Shown here one piece after another: positions 1 to 10,467 of a DNA stretch of 64,000 nucleotides. A program made the position numbers and the translations under genes. Under the pieces are notes generated by a model. It had not been told where the DNA came from, searched no databases, and worked only from the letters and a program-made list of their open reading frames with translations. Each line of letters begins with the position of its first letter. Position 1 is the stretch's first letter. Origin of the DNA: an uncultured delta proteobacterium (GTDB taxonomy: Bacteria; Desulfobacterota; Binatia; Binatales; Binataceae); the NCBI GenBank assembly GCA_963842085.1, contig CAWJET010000001.1:1120001-1184000 (forward strand), given 5' to 3'.

Positions 1-178
1 TGCCTTTCAGCGAACGATCCGCGCCTGACAAATTAAGACACTCGCGCTTTTAAATTCAGAGAACCAGCCCCAAATTAAGCCAGCACCGCGTCCAGCGCCG
101 CGCTTTCTTAGAACTCCTCAGCCTGATAATACTTCAGGATTGCCCCGCTCACGGGACAAGAGGCAGGAACAAAATTCT

Positions 179-961
179 ATGACTGAAATCAGCATGAAGC
201 AGCTTCTGGAGGCCGGCGTTCATTTCGGCCATCAGACCAGCCGCTGGAACCCGAAGATGAAGCAATACATCTTCGGCGCCCGCAACGGTATTTACATTAT
301 CGATCTGCAGCAGACCGTGAAGATGTTTCGCGCGACCTACGACTTCGCGCGCGACCTCGCTGCGGCGGGCGGCACGATGCTGTTCGTCGGCACCAAGAAG
401 CAGGCCCAGGACATCGTCAAGGAAGAGGCCGAGCGATGCGGGATGTTTTACGTCAACAACCGCTGGCTGGGCGGGATGCTGACCAACTTCCAGACGATTC
501 GCGCCTCGATCGACCGGCTAAAGAAACTCGAAGAAGTGATGGCGGACCCCGAGATGATTCGCGCGCTCACCAAGAAAGAGATGAGCGACAACGCGCGCGA
601 GCATGGAAAGCTGATGGCGACGCTGGCCGGGATCAAGAACATGCGCAAGCTCCCGGACGCGCTGTGGGTCATAGATACCAAGAAGGAAGACATCGCCGTC
701 GCGGAGGCGAATCGTCTCGGTATCCCGGTCGCCGCGGTGGTCGATACCAACTGCGACCCGGACCTGATCGCGTACCGAATCCCCGGCAACGACGACGCGA
801 TCCGCGCGATCAAGTTGTTCACCGCGGCCGTCGCCGACGCGATTATCGAAGGCAAGCAGCTCGCCGAGGAACGCGCCAAGGGGCAGCAGGATATCCGCTC
901 GGACGCGGGCGCGGCGGCGGACACGGGAGCGTCGGCGCCCGATTCTCCGAACGCGGTCTAG
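179..961 (+). CDS. rpsB: 30S ribosomal protein S2
   Basis: [44 protein letters not shown] motifs; start placed at ATG 179 (MTEISMKQ). Confidence 0.98.
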   Translation: MTEISMKQLLEAGVHFGHQTSRWNPKMKQYIFGARNGIYIIDLQQTVKMFRATYDFARDLAAAGGTMLFVGTKKQAQDIVKEEAERCGMFYVNNRWLGGMLTNFQTIRASIDRLKKLEEVMADPEMIRALTKKEMSDNAREHGKLMATLAGIKNMRKLPDALWVIDTKKEDIAVAEANRLGIPVAAVVDTNCDPDLIAYRIPGNDDAIRAIKLFTAAVADAIIEGKQLAEERAKGQQDIRSDAGAAADTGASAPDSPNAV

Positions 962-1064
962 TCGATAAGATTCAATTTCAGGCCCGAAACAGTGCCGGTT
1001 TTCGGTGGCCGTTGCTTGCAGTACAGCGACCGGCCAAGAATACTAGCTCAACCCAGGAATTGCG

Positions 1065-1688
1065 ATGGAACTAAACGCAAGTCAGGTTAAGGAACTGCGC
1101 GAGAAGACCGGCGCCGGCATAATGGATTGCAAACGGGCGCTGGCGGAGACGGCCGGAGATCTCGAAAAGGCCATCGTATGGCTCCGCGAGAAGGGCATCG
1201 CCGCGGCTGCCGGCCGCGCCGGCCGGGTCGCGTCCGAAGGCTCGATCGGTTCGTATATTCACGCGGGCGGCAAGATTGGCGTGTTGATCGAGGTCAATTG
1301 CGAGACCGATTTCTGCGCCAAGTCGGAAGCGTTCCAGGCGCTGGTCAAGGAACTCGCGATGCAGGTGGCGGCTTCGCCTTCCACGCGCTGCGTGCGGCGC
1401 GAGGAAGTGCCGCCGATGGTTATCGAGCAGGAGCGCCAGATCTACGCGTCGCAGGCCGAAGGCAAGCCGGCCGCGGTCGTCGCCAAGATCGTCGACGGCA
1501 AGCTCGAGAAATTTTACAAGGAAGCCTGCCTGCTCGAACAAGCCTACGTCCGCGATCCCAACAAGACGGTCAACGATCTGTTGGGTGAGGCGGCGATCCA
1601 GATGCGCGAGAAGATCGACGTGCGCCGCTTCACGCGCTACCAGTTGGGTGAGGCGCTCGACGGCAAGGCAACCACTGCGGCCGCCTGA
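1065..1688 (+). CDS. tsf: Elongation factor Ts (short form)
   Basis: VKELREKTGAGIMDCK, EVNCETDF; follows rpsB. Confidence 0.98.
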   Translation: MELNASQVKELREKTGAGIMDCKRALAETAGDLEKAIVWLREKGIAAAAGRAGRVASEGSIGSYIHAGGKIGVLIEVNCETDFCAKSEAFQALVKELAMQVAASPSTRCVRREEVPPMVIEQERQIYASQAEGKPAAVVAKIVDGKLEKFYKEACLLEQAYVRDPNKTVNDLLGEAAIQMREKIDVRRFTRYQLGEALDGKATTAAA

Positions 1689-1748
1689 CGCGGCGCATTT
1701 GCTGACGGGACGGGGCTTCAACGGGGGCATCGACGGGAGCTTCGAGAC

Positions 1749-2498
1749 ATGGCTGAAGTTCAGAGTGCGTCGCACGGCAAGCCGCGCTTCGGCCGTATCC
1801 TGCTCAAATTATCCGGCGAGGCGCTCGCGCCCGCGCAAGGGTCGGGACTCGACCTCGACGCAATGGGCGAGATTGCGCTCGAAATCAAGGAAGTGGCGGC
1901 GCTTGGCGTGCAGCTTGCCTTGGTAATCGGCGCCGGCAACTTTATCCGCGGCAGCGACTACGAGTCGCGCGGGATGGATCGTTCGACTGCCGACCAAATG
2001 GGCATGCTGGCGACGGTGATCAACGCGCTCGCGCTGCAAAACGCGCTCGAGCACGTCGGCGTGGTCACGCGAGTGCTGTCTGCCATCGAGATGCAGGCGC
2101 TGTGCGAGCCGTACATCCGTCGCCGCGCCGTGCGCCATCTCGAAAAGGGCCGCGTCATCATCTTCGCCGCCGGCACCGGCAATCCCTATTTCACCACCGA
2201 CACGGCCGCCAGCCTGCGCGCGATGGAAATCGGCGCCGAGGTAATCCTCAAGGCCAGCCACACGGTGGACGGCGTTTACGACCGCGATCCGATGCGCGAG
2301 CCGGGCGCCAAGCGCTTCGACCGGCTCACTTATATCGAAGTGCTGCAGAAAAACCTCAAGGTGATGGACTCGACAGCCATCTCGATGTGCATGGATAATC
2401 GCCTGCCGATCATCGTGTTCAATTTGCGCAAAGCGGGTAATATAAGAAGGGCCGTGATGGGCGAACAAATCGGGACCCGGGTGGAGAGCGCACCGTGA
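1749..2498 (+). CDS. pyrH: UMP kinase
   Basis: [29 protein letters not shown]. Confidence 0.98.
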   Translation: MAEVQSASHGKPRFGRILLKLSGEALAPAQGSGLDLDAMGEIALEIKEVAALGVQLALVIGAGNFIRGSDYESRGMDRSTADQMGMLATVINALALQNALEHVGVVTRVLSAIEMQALCEPYIRRRAVRHLEKGRVIIFAAGTGNPYFTTDTAASLRAMEIGAEVILKASHTVDGVYDRDPMREPGAKRFDRLTYIEVLQKNLKVMDSTAISMCMDNRLPIIVFNLRKAGNIRRAVMGEQIGTRVESAP

Positions 2499-3058
2499 GC
2501 ATGCTTACGGACACAATCGAAGAAGCACGCAAGGAAATGGACAAGACCGTCGAGGCGTTTCGCCACGAACTCGCCCGCGTTCGCACCGGCCGCGCTTCGA
2601 CCGCGCTGGTCGAAAATTTGCAGGTGAATTACTACGGCTCGAAGACGCCGCTGCGCCAGTTGGCCGGGCTCGCGGCGCCGGAGCCGCGCCTGATAGTGAT
2701 CACGCCGTACGACAAGGGCGCGATGCACGATATTGAAAAAGCGATCCAGACCTCGGATCTTGGACTGACGCCCATGAACGACGGCAAGATCATCCGGATT
2801 CCGATTCCCGAACTTACCGAGGAGCGCCGCAAGGACCTGGTGAAACACGTCCGCAAAATCGGCGAGGAATTCCGCGTCGGCATCCGCAACCATCGCCGCG
2901 ACGCCAACGACATGCTCAAGGAAATGCACAAGGAAAAGCAGGCCACCGAGGACGAGATGCGCGCGGGCGAAGCCAAGGTGCAGACTTACACGACCGAGTT
3001 CATCGAAAAAATCGACAAAGTGCTGACCGCCAAAGAAGCGGAAATCATGGAGGTCTGA
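2495..3058 (+). CDS. frr: Ribosome recycling factor
   Basis: [28 protein letters not shown]; start GTG 2495 or ATG 2501. Confidence 0.98.
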   Translation: MSMLTDTIEEARKEMDKTVEAFRHELARVRTGRASTALVENLQVNYYGSKTPLRQLAGLAAPEPRLIVITPYDKGAMHDIEKAIQTSDLGLTPMNDGKIIRIPIPELTEERRKDLVKHVRKIGEEFRVGIRNHRRDANDMLKEMHKEKQATEDEMRAGEAKVQTYTTEFIEKIDKVLTAKEAEIMEV

Positions 3059-3102
3059 GACTCGCCTCGACGGCGCGATCTTCGGTAAAGACTGAACCCC
3101 AA

Positions 3103-3888
3103 GTGGCCATCTCACTACCTTTGAGCGATTTCCCCAACCTGTCTTTGGACCCATCGCGGATGCCGCGTCACGTGGCGATCGTGATGGACGGCAACGGCCG
3201 CTGGGCGAGTCGGCGCGGTCTCTCGCGCCACGAGGGCCATCGGCGCGGCAAGGATTCGGTGCGCGCGGTGGTCGATGCGGCGCGCGAACTCGGCATCCCG
3301 TACCTCACCCTGTACGCCTTTTCGAGCGAAAACTGGGGCCGGCCGAGCACCGAGGTCACCTTCCTGATGCAACTGTTCCATCGCTACCTCATCACCGAGA
3401 CCAAGCGCCTGATGAAACGCGACATCCGCGTGGTGGCTCTGGGAGACACCGAACGGCTGCCGCCGCGAGTGCGCGACGCCCTGGCGGAGACGGTCGCGGC
3501 GACGCGCGAAAATCGCTCGATGACGGTGGCGCTGGCGTTGTCGTACGGCGGGCGCCAGGACATCGTTAACGCGGCGCGGTCGATCGCGCGCGCGGTGGCC
3601 GACGGCGCGATCTCGCCCGATCAAATCGACGAGCAACTGGTGGCGCGCGAACTGGCTACCGCCGGGCTTCCCGATCCCGACTTGCTGATTCGAACCTCGG
3701 GAGAACTGCGGGTCTCCAATTTTTTCCTCTTTCAGCTCGCCTACACCGAACTCTATTTCACCGATACGCTGTGGCCCGATTTCCGCGAGCGCGAATTCTT
3801 AAGCGCCATCGCCGCCTACCAGCTTCGCGAGCGCCGCTTCGGCGCAGTCACCAACGGCTCCGACACCCGGCTGCGTGCTCAGAACTAG
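3103..3888 (+). CDS. uppS: Undecaprenyl diphosphate synthase (cis-prenyltransferase)
   Basis: HVAIVMDGNGRWA, YAFSSENW, DLLIRTSGE.RVSNF, RERRFG. Confidence 0.97.
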   Translation: MAISLPLSDFPNLSLDPSRMPRHVAIVMDGNGRWASRRGLSRHEGHRRGKDSVRAVVDAARELGIPYLTLYAFSSENWGRPSTEVTFLMQLFHRYLITETKRLMKRDIRVVALGDTERLPPRVRDALAETVAATRENRSMTVALALSYGGRQDIVNAARSIARAVADGAISPDQIDEQLVARELATAGLPDPDLLIRTSGELRVSNFFLFQLAYTELYFTDTLWPDFREREFLSAIAAYQLRERRFGAVTNGSDTRLRAQN

Positions 3889-4669
3889 GCTTCTGACAGC
3901 GGCGGTCCTGCTGCCCGCGGTGGGAGCGCTCGTGCTGTTCGCGCCGGCCTGGTTCTTCACGATTTTCATCGCGCTCGCCGGATGCTGGGGACTTTACGAA
4001 GTCGCCGCGATGACCGGCGCTCTGCACTGGGTCGCACTGCCGCTGTTCGCCGTCGTCGGCGGCGTGCCCCTGTTCGGACTCCTATACGGCGGCGACGTGG
4101 GATGGGTCGGATGGCTGGTGCCGATGGTGGTGATCCTGGCGATGCTCGGGCTGGCGGTGCGAATCGAACTCGCGGGCGGCGGTGAAAGATTCAGGGGCCC
4201 GCGACTAGTCTTCATCGGCGCAGCGTACGTCGGAGTGCTGTTCCCCTACTTCGCCCTGCTCCGCAATTCTCCCGGCGGGATCGACATGCTCCTGCTGGTC
4301 ATCCTGTTGGCGGTGGTGAGCGACAGCGGCGCGTACTTCGTCGGCAGGTTTATGGGCCGGACCAAGCTCGCGCCGAGTGTCAGCCCGAACAAGACGGTCG
4401 AGGGCGCGGTAGGCGGCTTGATCTTGACGATCGTGGGCGGCTGGGCGCTGTTCAGGATGATTGGCGGAACGTGGGATCTGGGCTCTGTGCTGCTATTTTC
4501 GGCTATGATTTCCATCTTTGCGCAACTTGGCGACCTGGCCGGTTCGGCCCTAAAGCGCGCCGCGGGAGTCAAGGACTCGGGCTGGATTTTTCCCGGACAC
4601 GGCGGTCTGCTTGATCGCACCTGTTCGCTGGTCTTCGCGGTGTTTTTCGCCTACTATTGGTTTCGATGA
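3875..4669 (+). CDS. cdsA: Phosphatidate cytidylyltransferase
   Basis: SPNKTVEG, SALKRAAGVKDSG.IFPGHGGLLDR; hydrophobic. Confidence 0.95.
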   Translation: MLRTRLLTAAVLLPAVGALVLFAPAWFFTIFIALAGCWGLYEVAAMTGALHWVALPLFAVVGGVPLFGLLYGGDVGWVGWLVPMVVILAMLGLAVRIELAGGGERFRGPRLVFIGAAYVGVLFPYFALLRNSPGGIDMLLLVILLAVVSDSGAYFVGRFMGRTKLAPSVSPNKTVEGAVGGLILTIVGGWALFRMIGGTWDLGSVLLFSAMISIFAQLGDLAGSALKRAAGVKDSGWIFPGHGGLLDRTCSLVFAVFFAYYWFR

Positions 4670-4737
4670 TGCGGCTTGGGGAGCCGCATTTTTACGCTCG
4701 AACAACCTTCCGCATCTGACTTGCGGGCAGAAACCAG

Positions 4738-6090
4738 ATGATACATTCGATCCTATACGCGGCACTGGTATTTGCGGTGCTGGTAATCGTGCATGAGGCG
4801 GGCCATTTTGCGATGGCGAAGAAAGTCGGGGTTCGCGTGCTCCGATTCTCGATCGGCTACCCGCCAAAATTATTCGGCGTCCGGCGCGGCGAAACCGAAT
4901 ACTCGGTCGGCGCAACTCCATTCGGCGGCTACGTCCGCATGCTCGGCGACGAAGTCAACGAGGAGCCCAAGCCCGAAGAACTTACGATGTATCTTCACGA
5001 AGTCGGACTCGACCTGATTGGCGCGGCGCGCGAGCGCGGCGTGATTCATAAGGGTTCCGGATTCGACGACGACTTGCGCATAATTGCGGAGCGCATGGGC
5101 GATTCGGCTGCCGGCGCCGTGCACAGCATAATCGGGCGCGAACTGAAACCCGACGAGGCGCTCCTGATCAATGAAGTCCGCCGCCAACCCAAAGTTAACG
5201 ACGCGATCAAAGCGCTGGCGGAACATCCTCCCGCCGTGCTGGTCGAGGCATACTGCAAGCGCGCGTTCCCAACCCAGTCGCTCGGCAAGCGTGTGCTGAT
5301 AGTGCTGGCCGGGCCGGTGGCGAATATAATCTTTGCGCCGATACTGCTCACCTTCGTTTTCATGACCGGTGTGCCGGAGTTGCTGCCGGTCGTCGGCAAG
5401 ACCACGAACGATCTCCCGGCGGCCAAGGCCGGACTCCGCGCCGGCGACCGGATTCTCGCGGTTGACGGCGAGCCGATGGAATCGTGGGCCGACTTCTCGA
5501 AGACGGTGAAGGCCGGAGACGGCTCTCCGATCACGCTGCAAATCGCTCGGCAGCAGGACGCCGGGTCCGCGCGCAGCACGATTGTCATCAAGCCAACCCG
5601 GCTCGAGCAGAAAACCATCTACGGCACCAACGCAACCACCTGGGTAATCGGCGTGCAGCCGCGCGGCGACGAGACGACCAAGCGATACGGTCCGTTGGGC
5701 GCGATGAGAGAGGCGGGGGAAACCTCTGTCGAGATGACCGTTCAGATGGTGGTCGGAATCGCCAGCATCTTCACCGGCAGTACTCCCGTGCGCGACGCGC
5801 TCGGCGGGCCGATCATGATCGCGCAGATGGCCGGCAAGGAGGCGCATCAGGGGTTCGCGAACCTCGCGATGTTTATGGTGATGCTGAGCCTCGAGCTCGG
5901 CATCATTAATCTGCTGCCGGTGCCGCTGCTCGACGGAGGACACCTGCTGTTCTTCGTCTTCGAGGGCGCGCGCGGCAAGCCGCTCGAACTTCGCTACCGC
6001 GAGGCGATGCTCCAGGTCGGACTGTTTTTACTCGTGGCGCTGATGGCGTTCGTAATCTTCAATGACATCTCGCGTATTGTGCAGGGTTAA
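4738..6090 (+). CDS. rseP: RIP metalloprotease RseP (single PDZ), with ~100-aa insertion
   Basis: HEAGH zinc motif, GGYVRM, LAGP.AN, PDZ (AGLRAGDRIL), NLLPVPLLDGG. Confidence 0.93.
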   Translation: MIHSILYAALVFAVLVIVHEAGHFAMAKKVGVRVLRFSIGYPPKLFGVRRGETEYSVGATPFGGYVRMLGDEVNEEPKPEELTMYLHEVGLDLIGAARERGVIHKGSGFDDDLRIIAERMGDSAAGAVHSIIGRELKPDEALLINEVRRQPKVNDAIKALAEHPPAVLVEAYCKRAFPTQSLGKRVLIVLAGPVANIIFAPILLTFVFMTGVPELLPVVGKTTNDLPAAKAGLRAGDRILAVDGEPMESWADFSKTVKAGDGSPITLQIARQQDAGSARSTIVIKPTRLEQKTIYGTNATTWVIGVQPRGDETTKRYGPLGAMREAGETSVEMTVQMVVGIASIFTGSTPVRDALGGPIMIAQMAGKEAHQGFANLAMFMVMLSLELGIINLLPVPLLDGGHLLFFVFEGARGKPLELRYREAMLQVGLFLLVALMAFVIFNDISRIVQG

Positions 6091-6883
6091 TCGGCTGCTC
6101 GAACAGGCGGCCGCAACGCGCCCGGTCCTGGGACTCGACACTTCCACATCAATCGGCAGCCTTGCCCTGATTGCAGGCGGCAGCGTAGCTGCGTCTATCG
6201 CGCGGCCGGTCACCTCGCACGGCGCCGCCTTGCCTGGCGCCATCGACGAACTGCTCGAAGCGGCGGGACTGGCGCTCAGTGGCCTCGGCGCAATTGCCGT
6301 TGGGACCGGGCCCGGCTCGTTCACGGGACTGCGCATCGGGCTGAGCTATGCCAAGGGAATCGCGATGGCGTCGGGATGTGCACTGGTCGGCGTACCCGGT
6401 TTCGACGCGATGGCATCAGCTGCGCTGGAGCGCAACAATATTGAGCGAGGCCGGCTGGTATGCGTGGTTGTGGATGCTCGAAAGAGGGAAGTTTACACGG
6501 CCCTTTACCGGGTCGTGGCCGATGGGCTAGAGAAATTGTCAGAGGAGTCGGTAGTCGCGCTCGAACACCTGGCATCGCGCATCGCCGAGGACGTTATGTT
6601 CGTCGGTGACGAAAGAGCGAAGGATGCGGCGGCCCTTGTGCAATCGCGGGGCTATAGGGTGGCGGTTTTCGAAACAGGGATGCTCGATTTGCGCGGAGTC
6701 TGCGTCGCGGCGCTGGGCGGGGCGCGGTTTGCCCGTGGTGAAACGGATCGAGCGGCTTCGCTGGAGCCGCTATACATCAGGACGCCGGAGGCTACGTTCA
6801 AGCCCACTTCGAAAAATCCGGCGGGCATAGGCACGGAGGGCGTATGGAGCATCGAGAGGAAGAACTCATTCGGCAGCATCTGA
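6062..6883 (+). CDS. tsaB: tRNA threonylcarbamoyladenosine biosynthesis protein TsaB (start uncertain)
   Basis: VLGLDTS, GPGSFTGLRIG, DARKREVY, LEPLYIR. Confidence 0.92.
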   Translation: MTSRVLCRVNRLLEQAAATRPVLGLDTSTSIGSLALIAGGSVAASIARPVTSHGAALPGAIDELLEAAGLALSGLGAIAVGTGPGSFTGLRIGLSYAKGIAMASGCALVGVPGFDAMASAALERNNIERGRLVCVVVDARKREVYTALYRVVADGLEKLSEESVVALEHLASRIAEDVMFVGDERAKDAAALVQSRGYRVAVFETGMLDLRGVCVAALGGARFARGETDRAASLEPLYIRTPEATFKPTSKNPAGIGTEGVWSIERKNSFGSI

Positions 6884-7074
6884 CCCATGACGAGGAGCTG
6901 AGGGCCCTCTACACGGAGCATCAAGAGCTCAAACAAAAGCTCGAAGCCTTTAGAAGTAAGCATTACCTGACCAACGAAGAGGAAGTCGAAGAAAAACGGA
7001 TCCAGAAGCTCAAGCTGGCCTCGAAAGACCGCATGATGGCGATTCTCGGCCGCTATCAACAAGAGGCACGCTGA
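6844..7074 (+). CDS. DUF465/YdcH-family small coiled-coil protein
   Basis: LY.EH.EL, EEEVEEKRIQKLKLASKD pattern; GGAGG RBS; usual position after tsaB in deltaproteobacterial-like clusters. Confidence 0.8.
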   Translation: MEHREEELIRQHLTHDEELRALYTEHQELKQKLEAFRSKHYLTNEEEVEEKRIQKLKLASKDRMMAILGRYQQEAR

Positions 7075-7113
7075 CGCCACGGGTTCCGGCCATGAGCGCG
7101 CGCACTCCACCGC

Positions 7114-7644
7114 ATGACAAGTCACACGATATCGGTTCTGGTTGAAAACGAATTCGGCGTGCTCGCGCGCGTGTCCGGACTGTTTTCGGGCCGCGGCTTC
7201 AACATCGAATCCCTGACCGTCAACGAGGATCCGCTCGATCCCACGGTCTCGAGGATCGTGCTGGTGACCACCGGCGACGATCAGATCGTCGAGCAGATCA
7301 ACAAGCAGCTCAACAAGCTGGTTTCCGTCATCAAAATTACCGACTTCAAGGACGTTGAGACGATCGAGCGCGAGATGGTGATCGTCAAGGTCGCGGTGGA
7401 CGAGCGCACGCGCTCCGAACTCGACTCGATCGTCGCCGCGTTTCGCGCTCACGTGATCGATATCGGGCCGCGCGCTATCACCGTCGAACTGACGGGCGAC
7501 TCCGAAAAAATCAAGGCGTTCATCGCGATCGTGCGCCCGCTCGGAATCAAGGAAGTGGTGCGCTCGGGCAAGGTCGCGATGGCGCGCGCTGTCCAGTTGA
7601 ACCACGACAATCATCAGAGCCGCCGGGCGCGCGAAGCTGAATAG
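7114..7644 (+). CDS. ilvN: Acetolactate synthase small regulatory subunit
   Basis: HTISVLVENEFGVLARVSGLFSGRGFNIESL ACT domain, KQLNKL, EVVRSG. Confidence 0.96.
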   Translation: MTSHTISVLVENEFGVLARVSGLFSGRGFNIESLTVNEDPLDPTVSRIVLVTTGDDQIVEQINKQLNKLVSVIKITDFKDVETIEREMVIVKVAVDERTRSELDSIVAAFRAHVIDIGPRAITVELTGDSEKIKAFIAIVRPLGIKEVVRSGKVAMARAVQLNHDNHQSRRAREAE

Positions 7645-7677
7645 TCTGACAGCGAGAAAATTCGGGAGAACATCCAA

Positions 7678-8694
7678 ATGAAGGTTTACTACGACCGCGA
7701 CGCGGACCTGTCCGCGCTCAAAGGCAAGAAGATCGCGGTCATCGGCTTTGGAAGCCAGGGACATGCGCACGCGCTCAACCTGCGCGACAGCGGGATGGAC
7801 GTATGTGTCGGGCTCGGCGCGAAGTCGCCGTCGCGCGAAAAGGCCGCCAAGCAGGGTCTGCCCGTGTTCGACACGGCCGAAGCCGCCAGGCGCGCCGACG
7901 TGATTATGATGCTGGTGCCGGATGAGATGGGCGCGGAGATTTACGAGGCCGAGATTGCCCCGCATCTGACCAAGGGCAAGTACCTGGCCTTCGGTCACGG
8001 CTTCAACATCCATTTCAAATTCATCAAGCCGCCGGCTGACGTTAACGTCTTCATGATCGCGCCCAAGGGACCCGGTCATCTCGTACGCTCCGAGTACACC
8101 AAGGGCCGCGGCGTGCCGTGCCTGCTCGCCGTGCAACAGGATCCGTCGGGCGACACCGCCAAGGTCGGGCTCGCGTACGGCAGCGCGATCGGCGGCGGCC
8201 GCGCGGCGATTATCGAAACCACGTTCAAGGAAGAAACCGAAACCGACCTGTTCGGCGAGCAGTCCGTGCTGTGCGGCGGTCTGACCGAACTGATCCGCGC
8301 CGGCTACGAGACGCTGGTCGAGGCCGGCTACGCACCCGAGATGGCGTACTTCGAATGCCTGCATGAAGTGAAGCTGATCGTGGACCTGATCTACGAGGGC
8401 GGAATCTCCAACATGCGCTACTCGATCAGCAACACGGCTGAGTACGGCGACATGACGCGCGGCAACAAGGTCGTTGGCAAGGAGTCGCGCGCGGCGATGA
8501 AACAGATCCTCGCGGACATCCAGTCGGGCAAGTTCGCCAACGAATGGATCGGCGACTACAAGGCCGGGCTGCCGCGCTTCCGCGAACTGCGCAAGGAAGC
8601 GGAGAAGCATCCGGTCGAAGAGGTCGGGCGCAGGCTGCGCGCGTTCATGCCGTGGCTCGCCAGCGACCGGCTGGTCGATAAATCCAGGAACTAG
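7678..8694 (+). CDS. ilvC: Ketol-acid reductoisomerase
   Basis: [46 protein letters not shown]. Confidence 0.98.
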   Translation: MKVYYDRDADLSALKGKKIAVIGFGSQGHAHALNLRDSGMDVCVGLGAKSPSREKAAKQGLPVFDTAEAARRADVIMMLVPDEMGAEIYEAEIAPHLTKGKYLAFGHGFNIHFKFIKPPADVNVFMIAPKGPGHLVRSEYTKGRGVPCLLAVQQDPSGDTAKVGLAYGSAIGGGRAAIIETTFKEETETDLFGEQSVLCGGLTELIRAGYETLVEAGYAPEMAYFECLHEVKLIVDLIYEGGISNMRYSISNTAEYGDMTRGNKVVGKESRAAMKQILADIQSGKFANEWIGDYKAGLPRFRELRKEAEKHPVEEVGRRLRAFMPWLASDRLVDKSRN

Positions 8695-8700
8695 GCGAAG

Positions 8701-9399
8701 GTGGCGGGCGAAACCGACAGCGGGCGCCCGGCGCCGGGCGCGGTCCTCGCGCGCATCGCAGGTGCGATCGGCCTCGCGACCGAAGGCGTCGCGCTGGCGC
8801 TCGGGCTGGCTGCCGCCGGAATCGTGCTGATTGCGCTCGGCCTCAAGTCGATCGGCGCGATCCTGGCAATCCTCGCAATACCAGTTGCGCTTTTCTTTCG
8901 CGATCCCGATCGTTATCCGACTCGTACCGAAAACGTCGTAATCTCGGGCGCGGACGGCAAGGTAACCGACATTTCCGACGTATCGTTTCCGGGGGCGACT
9001 GGCCGGCTCTACCATCGCGTGTCGGTGTTCATGTCGCCCCTCAACGTCCACGTGAACCGGGCACCGGTCGGCGGCGAAGTCACTATGGTCGAGCACACCG
9101 CGGGCGAGTTCCGTGCCGCGTTCCGCGACGACGCCAGCGAGCACAACGAGCGCAACCTGATTGCGGTGACGGACGCGTCGGGCCGCATGTTCGGGATGCT
9201 ACAGGTGGCCGGATATCTCGCCCGGCGGATAGTTTGCCGGCTGCGCGCGCGTGATAGAATACAACCAGGTCAGCGGATCGGCCTGATTATGTTCGGAAGC
9301 CGCGTCGATCATTTTTTTCCGTCGGAGTACCGCGTCACGGTGGCGCTGGGGCAACGCGTCCGCGCCGGAGAATCCGTCATCGGAGCGATCGAGCAATGA
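8701..9399 (+). CDS. psd: Phosphatidylserine decarboxylase proenzyme
   Basis: FFRDP, ADGKV, FMSPLNVHVNRAP, NERN, FGSRVD autocleavage motif. Confidence 0.94.
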   Translation: MAGETDSGRPAPGAVLARIAGAIGLATEGVALALGLAAAGIVLIALGLKSIGAILAILAIPVALFFRDPDRYPTRTENVVISGADGKVTDISDVSFPGATGRLYHRVSVFMSPLNVHVNRAPVGGEVTMVEHTAGEFRAAFRDDASEHNERNLIAVTDASGRMFGMLQVAGYLARRIVCRLRARDRIQPGQRIGLIMFGSRVDHFFPSEYRVTVALGQRVRAGESVIGAIEQ

Positions 9400-10316
9400 G
9401 TCGTAATTCCCGCCGCTCGCGCGAAGAGCGCCTGCGGATGGAGCTGTACTCAAGTCAGGGCCGCGAACCGGGCTACAAACCAGAAGGCCCGCTGCGCCGC
9501 GGCGTCTTTTTGCTGCCTGCGACGATCACTTCGATCGGCCTGCTGTCCGGCTTCTATTCGATGGTCTCCGCGGTGAGCGGACACTTCGAGGTGGCCGCCG
9601 TGATGATCGTGATTGCGTTCGTGTGCGACGGACTCGACGGGCGCATCGCGCGCGCCTCGCGCACCTCGAGCCAATTCGGCATCGAGTACGACAGCCTCTC
9701 CGACGTAGTCGCGTTCGGCGTCGCACCCGCGATGCTGGCCTACGCTTGGGCGCTGAAACCGATCGGTTCGCTCGGAATCGGCGTCAGCGGATTGTTCGTG
9801 CTGTGCGCCGCGCTGCGCCTGGCGCGCTTTAACGTTCAGACCGCAACGGCGGACAAGAGCCGCTTCGTCGGCCTGCCGGTGCCGGGAGCAGCGGTGATGA
9901 TCTCCGGGCTCGCACTGGCCTACAGCTACTTCGAAATCGACTCGCCGCGAGCGCTGTGTACGCTCATGGTGCCGATCACGCTTGCACTGGGCGGCCTGAT
10001 GATCTCCCGAGTGCCCTACCCCAGCTTCAAGGCGATCAAGCTGGAAAAGCGCGCGCAGGTCGAGCTGGTGATCACGATGATGGTGTGCGCCGCGATGCTG
10101 TTCGCGATGCCGCAACTCACAGCCTTCCTGCTCTCAACTGCGTACGTGCTGTCGGGTCCCGCGCTGATGATCCGCGGCGAACGGCTGAGCGCCAAGGTTC
10201 CTGTTCTGCGCCCGGTTGCGTCCGCCAAATCTCAGGAGGCTAACGGCGCCGCGCCGGAGGCCGATACAGCCAGACGCACCCGCAGCCTCCGCGACCATCA
10301 GCCCGCGCAACGCTAG
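9396..10316 (+). CDS. pssA: CDP-diacylglycerol--serine O-phosphatidyltransferase
   Basis: DGLDGRIAR..S.FG.EYDSLSD.VAFGVAP, LRLARFN, FVGLPVP. Confidence 0.95.
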   Translation: MSRNSRRSREERLRMELYSSQGREPGYKPEGPLRRGVFLLPATITSIGLLSGFYSMVSAVSGHFEVAAVMIVIAFVCDGLDGRIARASRTSSQFGIEYDSLSDVVAFGVAPAMLAYAWALKPIGSLGIGVSGLFVLCAALRLARFNVQTATADKSRFVGLPVPGAAVMISGLALAYSYFEIDSPRALCTLMVPITLALGGLMISRVPYPSFKAIKLEKRAQVELVITMMVCAAMLFAMPQLTAFLLSTAYVLSGPALMIRGERLSAKVPVLRPVASAKSQEANGAAPEADTARRTRSLRDHQPAQR

Positions 10317-10322
10317 AACGGC

Positions 10323-10352
10323 TTGACTGACATCTCCGCTGCCGCTTACAAT
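10323..10352 (+). promoter_or_regulatory. Putative sigma70 promoter for the leuA leader
   Basis: TTGACT (10323-28), 18-nt spacer, TACAAT (10347-52), 9 nt before the leader ATG. Confidence 0.6.
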
Positions 10353-10361
10353 CCGTACACG

Positions 10362-10445
10362 ATGTATTGCTACCTGCTACCGGAGCTGCTGCTGAGCCTG
10401 GCCCTTACCGGGGCCCACGCCAGGCGCGCGTCCGGGCAGGTCTAA
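10362..10445 (+). CDS. Leu-rich leader peptide (27 aa, MYCYLLPELLLSLALTGAHARRASGQV)
   Basis: 7 Leu codons in the first 15, including CTA; directly upstream of a terminator and leuA. Confidence 0.75.
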   Translation: MYCYLLPELLLSLALTGAHARRASGQV

Positions 10446-10467
10446 CGGCCTGATTAAACCGAGACAC

